NCBI GenBank assembly: GCA_963662265.2
Contig: CAXXHA010000001.1
Location: 224,001-288,000 of the forward strand
DNA length: 64,000 bases
DNA from: Spirochaetia bacterium
Lineage (GTDB): Bacteria; Spirochaetota; Spirochaetia; CADAEX01
Reading direction: 5' to 3'
The translations under genes were made by a program, and so were the position numbers. This document shows positions 50,481 through 60,483 of this stretch, one piece after another. Each line of letters starts with the position of its first letter. The stretch's first letter is position 1. A model generated the notes under the pieces. That model saw only the letters and a program-made list of their open reading frames with translations, made no database searches and was not told where the DNA came from.

Positions 50481-52112
50481 TTACTTTACAGTTATGTTTA
50501 TTTTTTTATTTTTCAGCCCGTCCTTCCTGACGTGATAAAAATAAAGGCTGGCTCCTTTTTCAAGACCGGTGATATTGATCAGCCTGCTTTCACTGTTGTC
50601 CACATATCCTGATGAACTGTAGGAGCCCTTATCGACATCTATGAATTCAAACCTTTCATCCTCATTTTCATAATTATCAACAATAAGCTCAATATTTCCA
50701 GCTTCTTTCATAACATAAACAAAATATGAAATATCTGAACCTGAAATTTTTATCCTGTTTTTACCTTCATCAAGAACTTCAGGATTACTGCTGTAATTAT
50801 TCAGCATCCTCACACCTAAAGGATCAAGAAGAGGATCTACCTGTATATCAATATAATATTTCTCACCTTCCGAATAGCTGTCGCTGATATCATTCACAGT
50901 AAAATAAAGGAGATCACCTTTCCGGGCGGCATATTCCTGAAAATCAAGCTCGCCGCCCTCTGATCCGGTAGTCCAGTCTTTGTAACTGTAATCATTTCCG
51001 TAATAGTAAAGTTCCGCAAGTCCTTTAAAATCCCGGACAGTGCATTTTACATCACCCTGTTCAGGTACTTCGAAAAAATAATAACTTACCCCTTCAGCTT
51101 CAACACTTCCTTCCCATACCTCATCAACGCTCAGTTTTACAGGATCATCAGGTGTCCCTTCCGAATATGCGCTTCCGGATTCCGGAATATCTGCAGAACC
51201 GCCGCCTGTGCTGTAGGCCGGAAGCTCATGGGGGCTGTCTTCAGTAATCTTTCTCTCTGCCCCTGAAATCCATTCAGTAATTTCAGCAACAGTAGTCCTG
51301 TTCATTATTATTCTTACAATTCCATGAGGCAGTTCAGGAGTATACCAGACATCAAGAGTCCCGGTTCCTCCATTATCAGGGATTTCCCCCTGGTAATGAA
51401 CAGCCTCTATTTTTTTCCCTCCAGCCTCGACAACTTCAACACCTATATTTTTTATATTTTCATAGACAGGCATCAGTTTCTGGACTGCATATTCATCACG
51501 TTCTTCATCCAGCTTTTCCTGAATCTCCTTATCACTCATACTCAGCATGGCATCAAGCACACTTTCCCCGAACATAGTATCGCGGCTGAACGCTTCACCT
51601 GTTTCTGAATTTCTGAAACGGACAGTAACGGGGACGGAAAAACGGTTAGTCAGAACTTCATAAAAAACAGGCTCCTCCCCTTCCCTGGTATGTTCTGTCT
51701 GCCACCAGATTTCACCTTTGCCGTTTGTTTCAATTACAGATCTTCCAATTGTTTCCCTGACCTGTCCGCTACTGTCATAAACAGAAATCACACATCCATC
51801 ACCGGTTCTGTATACGGAACTGTCAAGACCGTAAATTATTGTAAGATAATCCTCAAAAATATAATCTCCCCATGTAAACTGGTTGAAATAATCAAAACTA
51901 TTAATAAGTTCATGAAACTGGACAAGAGATTTTCTCAATGTAATCTGAGAATAGGGTTTCTTTATTTTCATTACACGGGCCTTTTTTACCGTAGAACTTT
52001 CCGAAGAAGAGAATGAAACAGCCTTATTACCGGCAGTAGTCGCACATGACAGGATAATAAAAAATGAAAATAAAAAAATAAGCCTGCCTGCTGTTTTAAT
52101 AACATTGCACAT
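50481..52112 (-). CDS. Hypothetical lipoprotein with two C-terminal beta-sandwich-like repeats
   Basis: Lipobox ILSC; repeated SYY/SYF..F/Y...G...Y/F.V pattern in the C-terminal part. Confidence 0.7.
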   Translation of the reverse strand: MCNVIKTAGRLIFLFSFFIILSCATTAGNKAVSFSSSESSTVKKARVMKIKKPYSQITLRKSLVQFHELINSFDYFNQFTWGDYIFEDYLTIIYGLDSSVYRTGDGCVISVYDSSGQVRETIGRSVIETNGKGEIWWQTEHTREGEEPVFYEVLTNRFSVPVTVRFRNSETGEAFSRDTMFGESVLDAMLSMSDKEIQEKLDEERDEYAVQKLMPVYENIKNIGVEVVEAGGKKIEAVHYQGEIPDNGGTGTLDVWYTPELPHGIVRIIMNRTTVAEITEWISGAERKITEDSPHELPAYSTGGGSADIPESGSAYSEGTPDDPVKLSVDEVWEGSVEAEGVSYYFFEVPEQGDVKCTVRDFKGLAELYYYGNDYSYKDWTTGSEGGELDFQEYAARKGDLLYFTVNDISDSYSEGEKYYIDIQVDPLLDPLGVRMLNNYSSNPEVLDEGKNRIKISGSDISYFVYVMKEAGNIELIVDNYENEDERFEFIDVDKGSYSSSGYVDNSESRLINITGLEKGASLYFYHVRKDGLKNKKINITVK

Positions 52113-52272
52113 AAAAAACCTCCGTCCTGAATATAATTATAACTGTAAATAGATCAGATTTAAAATATTTTTTTAGGGATATATTATCTTGTTTGATCCT
52201 GTATAAATCTGGCAGGAAAGTATTTTCAGTTTAATCTTCAACATCAAATCAATATCACTTTCCCATATGCAT

Positions 52273-52662
52273 TTATTTCACTTTTTTAAGTGGTGGATAC
52301 AGAATGAAAAGCAGTAATACAAGAAAAAGGAAGAATGTGTATGACGCGATAAAATATGCAAATGGAAGATCATAGTATATTATTTTCTCTATCCAGAATT
52401 CCATAAATGATTCACTGTAGCGGCTGCTTCCCGCCCTGGCCCTGAACAGGTTTTCAAGATCTGTAAGAGGGCAGATTCTTCCGATCCATGACTGGACTGT
52501 TACAAAAATAACAGCGCATAAATGAATAATCCTGAACATGAAATTACGGGGAGCTGAAAGCTTCAGAAAATACCCTGCAGCGGTATAAAGGAAGCCTGAA
52601 ACAACAAATAAAACAAAGAGAAAATGGATAAACAGAACTGATGCAGATAAAAAACTGAACAT
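52273..52662 (-). CDS. DUF2784-like membrane protein
   Basis: HFLFVLFVV.G, H, ICPLTDLENLFR..AG..Y...F...IIY. Confidence 0.85.
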   Translation of the reverse strand: MFSFLSASVLFIHFLFVLFVVSGFLYTAAGYFLKLSAPRNFMFRIIHLCAVIFVTVQSWIGRICPLTDLENLFRARAGSSRYSESFMEFWIEKIIYYDLPFAYFIASYTFFLFLVLLLFILYPPLKKVK

Positions 52663-52820
52663 TTAATTCCTGTCATAATATAAAATTATTTTAAAGCGCA
52701 GGTTTTCAAATAAAATGATGAAGCATTTATCTGACAGGGCGGGAATGTTATAATAAAGTTTTTCAGCTAAACATGTCTCTGCAGAACACAGAAAACCGGT
52801 AATCAGGCCCTGAAAACATG

Positions 52821-54161
52821 TTATGGAATTATCTTTATACCCGCAGTAAGATAAAAACCGTCAGGGTCAATGTCTGGCGTATCGCCGACCGCATCATGCC
52901 TTGTCCTGTCTTCCCCTTCGCCTGTGAAATATGACCAGTCCATCAGCTGAACCGGGTAAAAAAAGTAATCAGCTGCGCAGAAAACTGCAATCTTTTCATT
53001 CAGATAGGAAGTAGCTATTGCTCCAATGGAAAACTGGAGTTCAAGGCTTGAAATCCTGTGATCCTCATCATCCCTCACGCCGTAGAGAAAAGTTACACCG
53101 CCCCCTCCCCTTATGCCGAAATCAAAAACATCGCCAAGAAGAGGTTTATAGACAGCAAATATATTTGTCCTCAGGAAATCCGCTTCAGGATCAGTAACTG
53201 TAAAAAGAATATCAAATCCCCCGGAAAACGGGCTGAAAGTGTTGAATTCCACAGAAAAATCAAGTGCTGTTATCCTGTCTTCAAAATCCCTTGAGACTGC
53301 GGCAGAAATTGCTGTCTCCGGGAATTTATTGATCCGCTCTTCAAGCAGATATCCCGGTTCAATCGAAGCAAAACCTTTGAGTATTCTTGCAACAGAGGAA
53401 TCGGGAGAGGTTTTTTCGACAAGGACAAGCCCTTTTCTGTTGAAATCACCAATAGATGCCATTACATCGAATTTCATCCCTTTTTTCACACCTATATTTT
53501 CACCGCCTGACAACAGGATATATTTTCCCCTCACTTCAGAGACTTTCAGAAGAAGAGGGTAAAATTCCTTGAGGCTGGAATAAAGCCTGCTCCTGAGAGT
53601 TCTGAATGCCTCTGCCTCTGCAGAAGCAGAACTCCCCGCACTGCCATCACCTGAAACAGTTATTGTCTTCATTGTGCGGGCAGTATTAATCTCAAACTGC
53701 CTTACTGTTATATCGATTACTGAATCATATACTGTCTCATACCTGACCTGAACAGAGTCATCTGTTTCAACCTCTATCTTTTTCTCAGACTGGGTCGTAT
53801 TGAATGAAACAAGGTCAACAAGCATTCCGATATCTGATGAAAGAACTATCCCCAGTTCAATCACAGCTTCATCATCTGTAAGCCCGTAGAGCTTGAGTTT
53901 CAGCTCCTCCATCTTCTGCTCGGTTGTTCTTCTGTCAATGACTTCAAAGCGTCCGAGACGTTCCATCTGCTCAATAGTCATATTGAGAATCCCTGTCAGA
54001 TTACCCGAAGGGCGCAGGGTATCCGACGACTGAATAGATCCGGACACAGATGAATCTGCCCCCGGAAGAACAACAACCCGCATCTTCTCATATGTAACAT
54101 CCTGAGCATAGAGGGCGGAAAAACCGGCTGCCGCCAGGATAATAAGCATTAATTTCTTCAT
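52821..54161 (-). CDS. Exported protein: CsgG/TolB-N-like domain + FlgT-C-like domain + probable C-terminal beta-barrel
   Basis: Signal peptide; RFEVIDR...E.KL..GL.D....LG; GENIGVKKGMKFDV; C-terminal GFYLTAGIKI. Confidence 0.65.
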   Translation of the reverse strand: MKKLMLIILAAAGFSALYAQDVTYEKMRVVVLPGADSSVSGSIQSSDTLRPSGNLTGILNMTIEQMERLGRFEVIDRRTTEQKMEELKLKLYGLTDDEAVIELGIVLSSDIGMLVDLVSFNTTQSEKKIEVETDDSVQVRYETVYDSVIDITVRQFEINTARTMKTITVSGDGSAGSSASAEAEAFRTLRSRLYSSLKEFYPLLLKVSEVRGKYILLSGGENIGVKKGMKFDVMASIGDFNRKGLVLVEKTSPDSSVARILKGFASIEPGYLLEERINKFPETAISAAVSRDFEDRITALDFSVEFNTFSPFSGGFDILFTVTDPEADFLRTNIFAVYKPLLGDVFDFGIRGGGGVTFLYGVRDDEDHRISSLELQFSIGAIATSYLNEKIAVFCAADYFFYPVQLMDWSYFTGEGEDRTRHDAVGDTPDIDPDGFYLTAGIKIIP

Positions 54162-54290
54162 AATTTCTCCAGTATATAACATACTATAATCAAATTATTA
54201 TTCCAGTATCATTAAAAATGCAATTAAATATTAAATATTTCAGTACAGTTCTCTTGACAACAATTACCTGCCGGGTATAGCATGTTGCTG

Positions 54291-54428
54291 TATTTTTCGG
54301 GGCAAGGTGAGCTCATCTTAATGAAGAGCAATTCCTGACCGGCGGTTAAAGCCCGCGACTCTTCCTTACGGAAGATTGAATCGGTGAAATTCCGATGCCG
54401 ACGGTACAGTCCGGATGGGAGAAGAAAA
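54291..54428 (+). ncRNA. FMN riboswitch (RFN element)
   Basis: TTCGGGGCAAGGTGA...AATTCCTGACCGGCGGT..AGCCCGCGA...GGTGAAATTCC...CCGACGGT..AGTCCGGATGGGAGAAG upstream of ribD. Confidence 0.97.
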
Positions 54429-54455
54429 ATATTTGTCTTTCCATGAATTAATTAC

Positions 54456-54494
54456 GCCCTGAGCAGAATTTCTGTCTGTTCAGGGCTTTTTTTT
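54456..54494 (+). terminator. Riboswitch-controlled terminator
   Basis: GCCCTGAGCAGA...TCTGTTCAGGGC-T8 between aptamer and ribD. Confidence 0.9.
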
Positions 54495-54541
54495 ATGGAT
54501 CCCGTCGTATATGTCCCGTCTTGTTTATAACAGGAGGGAAA

Positions 54542-55660
54542 ATGAATCATGAATACTATATGAAAAAAGCCCTTTCCCTGGCATCAAAGGGAAAAGGAAA
54601 AACATCGCCCAATCCCATGGTCGGAGCTGTCCTTGTAAGGGACGGGGAAATAATAGGAAAAGGGTATCACAGAAAGCACGGTTCGCTGCATGCGGAAATT
54701 GAAGCTATCAATAATGTTTACAGGAATCATCCGGATACTGACTTATCAGATAATGTCATTCTCTATGCAACACTGGAACCATGCTGCCACAGAGGTAACG
54801 GGAAAATTAATCCCCCGTGCTGTGAAAGAATAATTGATGAGAAAATAGGGAAAGTTGTGATTGCATCTGTCGATCCCAATCCTGCTGTTTCGGGAAAAGG
54901 GATTAAAATGCTGGAAGATGCAGGGACAGCAGTAATATCAGGAATCCTGTCAGATGAGGAGAAAAGGCTGAACAGGGTCTACCATCACTGCGCAGAAACA
55001 TCCTCCCCGTTCATCCACCTGAAAATGGCGCAGACTCTGGACAGCTTCATTGCAAGAGTGGATGGAAGTTCTAAATGGATATCAAACAGGGAATCAAGAA
55101 AAACTGTTCATAAAATGAGGGCAGAGTATGATTCTGTCCTTGTGGGCCTGAACACAGTTGTTGCGGACAACCCGGAGCTTACTGTAAGGCATGTTAAAGG
55201 GAGACAGCCTTTGCGGCTTGTACTCGACACATCGCTGAAGATTCCGGAGGCAAGCAGGCTGCTCAATGACAACTATACAGGCCTTACACATATTTTCTAC
55301 AGCCCCGAAACAGCTTCAGAAGAAAACATAAAAAAACATACCGGTAAAAAATATTCAATCCATCCTGTAATGAGAAACAGTTACGGTAAGCTGTCACTGC
55401 CTGATGTGATGGGGAAAATCACCGACATGGGAATAAGATCTGTTCTTGCAGAGGGGGGGAGTTTACTTGCCTCGGAACTTGTATCGGAAAGATTTGTTTC
55501 AAGGATTTCGCTGTTTATTTCGCCGCAGCTTTTCATAAACGGGATTCCATCTTTCCGCTTTCAGGATACGGAAACTCAGGCACCGTTTATTCTTGAAGAG
55601 GTGGAGATAAATAAAATCGGAGACAATGTTCATATATCAGGAAGACCGGAATTCGGTTAA
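54542..55660 (+). CDS. ribD: Riboflavin biosynthesis deaminase/reductase
   Basis: PNPMVGAV, HAE, TLEPC..PPC, SKWIS, DNPELT, EGG; ATG 54542 with SD AGGAGG. Confidence 0.96.
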   Translation: MNHEYYMKKALSLASKGKGKTSPNPMVGAVLVRDGEIIGKGYHRKHGSLHAEIEAINNVYRNHPDTDLSDNVILYATLEPCCHRGNGKINPPCCERIIDEKIGKVVIASVDPNPAVSGKGIKMLEDAGTAVISGILSDEEKRLNRVYHHCAETSSPFIHLKMAQTLDSFIARVDGSSKWISNRESRKTVHKMRAEYDSVLVGLNTVVADNPELTVRHVKGRQPLRLVLDTSLKIPEASRLLNDNYTGLTHIFYSPETASEENIKKHTGKKYSIHPVMRNSYGKLSLPDVMGKITDMGIRSVLAEGGSLLASELVSERFVSRISLFISPQLFINGIPSFRFQDTETQAPFILEEVEINKIGDNVHISGRPEFG

Positions 55661-55673
55661 GGAGAAATAAAAT

Positions 55674-56321
55674 ATGTTTACAGGTTTGGCTGAAACAAGG
55701 GGAATAATAAAAAAAATATCAAAAGGCTCGGGGAAATATGATATCTGGATTGAATCTGCACGGCTTGCCCCGGATCTGAAACCGGGAGATTCTGTTGCTG
55801 TTGACGGAGTCTGCCAGACAGTTGTCACAGCAGGGGAAAAAGAATTTATGGTGCAGGCGGTTGAGGAAACTCTCAAGAAAACAACTTTCAGCAGCTTCTC
55901 AGGCAGCAGGGAGGTAAACCTTGAGAAATCACTCACCCTGAGCAGCCCTCTGGGAGGCCATCTTGTCCAGGGGCATGTGACAGGAACCGGAGTGATTGAA
56001 GAGATTGCAGGGGAAACAGACAGCAGATATATGAGGATATCTGCAGTAGAGGAGATACTCAAGTACTGCGTAAATGAGGGGTCTGTCTGTGTAGACGGGA
56101 TCAGCCTGACTATTGCAGATACAGACGACAGATCTTTTCTGCTGAATATTATTCCGGAGACCTGGGAGAGAACAACTTTCAGCAGCAAAAAAGTAAAGGA
56201 AAAAGTAAATATTGAAACAGACATCATAGGCCGCTATGTTGTCGCATTTCTTGAAAAAACATCCGGATACGGAAATAAAAACAGTCTGAAAATTTCAGAT
56301 TTGAATAAATGGGGGTACTGA
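55674..56321 (+). CDS. ribE: Riboflavin synthase alpha chain
   Basis: [37 protein letters not shown]. Confidence 0.96.
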   Translation: MFTGLAETRGIIKKISKGSGKYDIWIESARLAPDLKPGDSVAVDGVCQTVVTAGEKEFMVQAVEETLKKTTFSSFSGSREVNLEKSLTLSSPLGGHLVQGHVTGTGVIEEIAGETDSRYMRISAVEEILKYCVNEGSVCVDGISLTIADTDDRSFLLNIIPETWERTTFSSKKVKEKVNIETDIIGRYVVAFLEKTSGYGNKNSLKISDLNKWGY

Positions 56322-56322
56322 A

Positions 56323-56949
56323 ATGAATACAATGGTAAGGGAAAGCGTTTTTACAGATATAAGTAAAGCTGTTGAAATAATCAGAAAAGGCGGAATGGTT
56401 ATCATGATAGATGATGACAGCAGGGAAAATGAGGGCGACATAGTCCAGGCTGCTGAATATGCGACAAAAGAGTCTGTCAATTTTATGGCTTCGTTCGCTA
56501 AAGGGCTGATATGTGCCCCTATGAGCAGAGAAAAAGCGGAAAAACTTAGCCTCCCGCTGATGGTGGAGGACAATACATGCATCCATTCAACAGCTTTTAC
56601 AGTATCTGTCGATGCAAAAGAGGGTACAACAACAGGAATTTCCGCGGGAGAAAGGGCGGAAACACTGAGGCAGCTTGCTGATGATTCAAGCAGAGGTGAT
56701 GATTTCAGAAGACCTGGCCATATTTTCCCTCTCATTGCAGCTGAAAAAGGGGTTCTTGAAAGAAGGGGGCATACAGAAGGCTCTGTTGATCTTGTAAAGC
56801 TTGCAGGGCTCAAGCCGGTATCAGTCATATGCGAGGTAATGAAGGATGACGGGGAAATGGCAAGAGTGGGAGATCTTGAAATTTTCGCTGAAAAACACGG
56901 ATTGAAAATTGTCACAATCGAAGATCTTGCATCATTCAGAAGAGGGTAA
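56323..56949 (+). CDS. ribB: 3,4-dihydroxy-2-butanone-4-phosphate synthase
   Basis: [38 protein letters not shown]. Confidence 0.96.
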   Translation: MNTMVRESVFTDISKAVEIIRKGGMVIMIDDDSRENEGDIVQAAEYATKESVNFMASFAKGLICAPMSREKAEKLSLPLMVEDNTCIHSTAFTVSVDAKEGTTTGISAGERAETLRQLADDSSRGDDFRRPGHIFPLIAAEKGVLERRGHTEGSVDLVKLAGLKPVSVICEVMKDDGEMARVGDLEIFAEKHGLKIVTIEDLASFRRG

Positions 56950-56955
56950 ATAAAT

Positions 56956-57564
56956 ATGAAAGAAAAAATAAATAAAATAAATTTTACACCTACAACAGGG
57001 ATAAATCTTCCGACTGATTACGGTGATTTTGAAATGATTGCATTTGAAAACCCGGAAAGCACTGGTGAACCCCCGTTTGCGCTGATCAGCGGGCCTCTTT
57101 CTCCTGACAGGGAAGCAACAGTAAGGGTTCATTCAGAATGCCTTACAGGCGATATTTTTCGTTCAAAGAGATGCGACTGCGGAAACCAGCTGGAAAAATC
57201 ACTCTCAATTATTTCAAGAGAGGGGGGCGCACTCATATACCTGAGACAGGAAGGCAGGGGAATAGGACTCACAGAAAAACTGAAAACCTACCACCTTCAG
57301 GAAAACGGAGCTGATACAGTCGAGGCAAATGTAATGTTGGGACATGAGCCTGATTTAAGAGATTACAGCGAGGCTGCAGCAATTTTAAGGCTTCTGAACA
57401 TAAAAAAGATCAAACTTCTCACAAACAATCCTGACAAGGTGAATGCGCTTGCAGATGCAGGCTTTGATGTAAGAAGAGAGAATATTTTTACAGAAGTTCA
57501 CAAACACAACAGAAGATATCTTTCTGTAAAGAAAGAGAAAATGGGACATCTGCTTGCTGTCTGA
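56956..57564 (+). CDS. ribA: GTP cyclohydrolase II
   Basis: VRVHSECLTGD..RCDCG, QEGRGIGL, LLTNNP.K, KMGH. Confidence 0.96.
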   Translation: MKEKINKINFTPTTGINLPTDYGDFEMIAFENPESTGEPPFALISGPLSPDREATVRVHSECLTGDIFRSKRCDCGNQLEKSLSIISREGGALIYLRQEGRGIGLTEKLKTYHLQENGADTVEANVMLGHEPDLRDYSEAAAILRLLNIKKIKLLTNNPDKVNALADAGFDVRRENIFTEVHKHNRRYLSVKKEKMGHLLAV

Positions 57565-57682
57565 GAGAAAACAGATTTCACAAGAAGCAGTTTAAACAGC
57601 TGCCGGGAACTCTGCTTGGGGATAAGTTAAAGCGGGGTTTTTATAAAGGGCAGCGAATAAATATTTATAAGGAAAAGATCAA

Positions 57683-58156
57683 ATGAAAGAATATAATGCA
57701 CAGCTTACTTCGGAAGGTAAAAAATTTGCTGTAATAACAGCAAGATTCAACGAACTTATTTCAGAAAAACTTACAGAAGGGGCAAAAGACTGCCTGATAA
57801 GGCATGGATGCACATCAGATGACATAGAACTGATAAGAGTTCCCGGCGCTTTTGAAATTCCACTTGCAGCAAAGGCTGCAGTGAAAAAAAACAGGTATGA
57901 TGCTGTTATCTGCCTGGGGGCAGTAATACGGGGTGCTACAACACACCATGAGTATGTTGCCTCTGAAGCGGCAAAGGGGATAGCCCAGGTTTCCCTCTCC
58001 GAGGATGTTCCTATAACATTCGGAATACTGACAACTGAGACGCTTGAACAGGCTATTGAACGGGCAGGAACAAAGGCGGGAAACAAGGGATGGGATGCCG
58101 CGCTCTCTGCCATAGAAATGGCAAACCTTATGGAAATGCTTAATACTGGAAATTAA
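57683..58156 (+). CDS. ribH: 6,7-dimethyl-8-ribityllumazine synthase
   Basis: [27 protein letters not shown]. Confidence 0.97.
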   Translation: MKEYNAQLTSEGKKFAVITARFNELISEKLTEGAKDCLIRHGCTSDDIELIRVPGAFEIPLAAKAAVKKNRYDAVICLGAVIRGATTHHEYVASEAAKGIAQVSLSEDVPITFGILTTETLEQAIERAGTKAGNKGWDAALSAIEMANLMEMLNTGN

Positions 58157-58377
58157 AAACAGGTATAAACAGATTTCTGCGACCAGAATAGAATTAAGAT
58201 ACCCGGCCGGCTGTTCAGCTATGAATTTAATCATGTAAGCCTGAGCAGCAATTATCAGAATCAGGCTGCAAAGACCCGGTATTGTATCAGTGACTTGCAG
58301 CCTTTATTTCGAATATGCATGTCATAAAATAAATCGCAATACTCAGAAAACAGCTTAATACTTTAAATCAATATACC

Positions 58378-58398
58378 CTCTTCACATTCTCTTCACAT
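58378..58398 (+). promoter_or_regulatory. 11-bp-periodic direct repeat, candidate OmpR-family binding site
   Basis: CTCTTCACAT-T-CTCTTCACAT followed by TAGATT (-10-like) upstream of 58447. Confidence 0.5.
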
Positions 58399-58446
58399 AC
58401 AGGGTTTAGATTCTCTTTGTAAACAAAATTACAAGGAGAAACATAA

Positions 58447-58956
58447 ATGAAAAAAACAATTATTATTTCAGTAATACTGCTTTCTGCAGCTGCACTTACT
58501 TTCGGACAGAGTAACTATGGACGACAGGGCGGTAATTTCAGGGGGATGAACAATGCACCGGCTCAAGGCAGGGGAGCAGTTGTTGAAATAGTTGAACTCA
58601 AAGGCAGGATAACTTTAAATGAAAATACATTCCCGTCAATACAGTCCGGCAAAGAGGATTTCACACTTATAATCGGTCCTGCTTCAGTTGAATCACTAAA
58701 GCTTAAAAGCGGTGATACAGTTTCAGTTGAAGGCTTCAAAGTTCCTGGACCTGACTGGGCAGTTGACGGAAAATCAGCCCTGAAGGTGAGAGAAATAACT
58801 GTCAACGGAAAAACCTACAGAGTTGCTGGAGGCAGAGGAATGGCTGACAGAGGCCCGGGTATGAACAATTTCCGCAACAATCAGTGTTATGAAAATTACG
58901 GATCAAACAGGAATTTCGCACCGGGTTATGCCCCTTCAACAAAAGGAAGAAGATAG
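58447..58956 (+). CDS. Exported protein with OB-fold-like core and Gly/Met/Arg-rich tails
   Basis: SD AAGGAG, signal peptide, LKSGDTVSVEG...ITVNGKTY. Confidence 0.75.
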   Translation: MKKTIIISVILLSAAALTFGQSNYGRQGGNFRGMNNAPAQGRGAVVEIVELKGRITLNENTFPSIQSGKEDFTLIIGPASVESLKLKSGDTVSVEGFKVPGPDWAVDGKSALKVREITVNGKTYRVAGGRGMADRGPGMNNFRNNQCYENYGSNRNFAPGYAPSTKGRR

Positions 58957-59015
58957 GGTTTACAAGCAAATCTCTGATAAACTTTTCAATACCTGATACA
59001 GAACAGGATTTATAC

Positions 59016-59048
59016 AAAAGCTGTCTGAAATTATTTCAGACGGCTTTT
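59016..59048. terminator. Bidirectional terminator
   Basis: AAAAGCTGTCTGAAA-TTA-TTTCAGACGGCTTTT between convergent genes. Confidence 0.8.
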
Positions 59049-59112
59049 AATATTTGGCAGCTGTATTATCTGCAGTGTTTTTACAAAGGGTCTGAAAGCA
59101 AAAAAGTAAATA

Positions 59113-60333
59113 TCAGTCAGGATACTTGTTTCTGACAGCATTTAGAAGATCAACTATTTCAAAGAAAACATCGACAAGCTCAGGATCAAATTTACTCCCT
59201 GAGAGTTTTCCTATCTCTTCAAGAACATCATTCTCATTCCACGCATCCTTATATGCACGCTTTGAGTTCAATGCATCAAATACATCGGCAATTGCAACGA
59301 TTCTCCCGAATATACTTATTTCATCCCCTTTTCGGGGAACTGCTTCTCCTGATTCTGCTGTTTTTAAAGGCATTCCTGTCTCAACATCAACATAGCCGGG
59401 ATATCCGGTACCGTTCCAGTTTTCATGATGAGTCAGCGCAACATCAGCAGATATCTCGTCAAGCAGAGAATGTTTGTTCTTGAAAAGACCCGCCCCGATA
59501 TATGTATGACTCTTCATTACAGAATATTCATCATCTGTAAATCGTGCAGGTTTCTTGAGAATTGTATCAGAAATCGCAATCTTTCCCACATCGTGAAGCA
59601 TAGCCGCTATCCTGAAAACGTCCCTTGTTTTTTCAATTTCATCTTCAGAATAACCTTTTTTTCTGGCCCAGCTCTCATATATTTCCACAGAATATGAAGC
59701 TACCCTGTTTACATGGGCCCCTGTCTCCTTGGGATCCCGGAGCTCCGCCATCTTTATCATCCTGAGGACCAGTGACCTTGTCATCTGTGCACGCTGAAGA
59801 ACAATACTTGCAGAACTTGCAAAGTGGTTGATATAAAGCTCATCCTCATCTGAAAATTTTGTAATCTCCCCATCAGGTGTAACTGCATTTATCATCTGGA
59901 GAACGCCGAGTACTTCTCCTGTTAAGTCTTTGAGCGGAAATGTGAGCATTGAATGTGTTTCATAACCAGATTTTTTATCAAATGTGGAATCAAAATGATA
60001 TGGATGGTCATCCCCTATAGTATATACATCATCAATACATAGAGTTTCCCCGGTAAAAGCCACATAACCGGCAATAGACTGCCTGTTTACCGGAACTTTA
60101 AATGAATTATATATGAGTTTTTTACCGTAGGGGAGTTTTTTCTGTTTCGTGTCGTTCTGGGCATGGGCAAAAACCAGGAAATCACCCTCTTTAAGGTAAA
60201 TTGTGCCTGCATCCGCACTCACGAATTTCCGGGCTTCAAGCAGTATTCTTTCAAGAAGGATATCCACATCCTGTACAGTGTTGAGTTCTGTTCCAAGCTG
60301 AAGAACTTTTTTCAGTTTTTCATTTCCATCCAT
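59113..60333 (-). CDS. GAF + HD-GYP cyclic-dinucleotide phosphodiesterase
   Basis: GAF (DAGTIYL, VLGVLQMIN); ETGAHVNRV, HDVGK, HHENWNGTGYP, ADVFDAL..R.YK. Confidence 0.93.
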   Translation of the reverse strand: MDGNEKLKKVLQLGTELNTVQDVDILLERILLEARKFVSADAGTIYLKEGDFLVFAHAQNDTKQKKLPYGKKLIYNSFKVPVNRQSIAGYVAFTGETLCIDDVYTIGDDHPYHFDSTFDKKSGYETHSMLTFPLKDLTGEVLGVLQMINAVTPDGEITKFSDEDELYINHFASSASIVLQRAQMTRSLVLRMIKMAELRDPKETGAHVNRVASYSVEIYESWARKKGYSEDEIEKTRDVFRIAAMLHDVGKIAISDTILKKPARFTDDEYSVMKSHTYIGAGLFKNKHSLLDEISADVALTHHENWNGTGYPGYVDVETGMPLKTAESGEAVPRKGDEISIFGRIVAIADVFDALNSKRAYKDAWNENDVLEEIGKLSGSKFDPELVDVFFEIVDLLNAVRNKYPD

Positions 60334-60483
60334 AATTTGCTGAGCCTTTATTTATTATTGCGTCAGAAAGTATAATGTGTCAAATCTCTTTTTGATATTT
60401 CGGTTTTATAAAATTAAAGTATTTAAAGAATATTCAAATACTTTATTGACAATTGACCGCCACTCTATAATAATCGAAATAGG

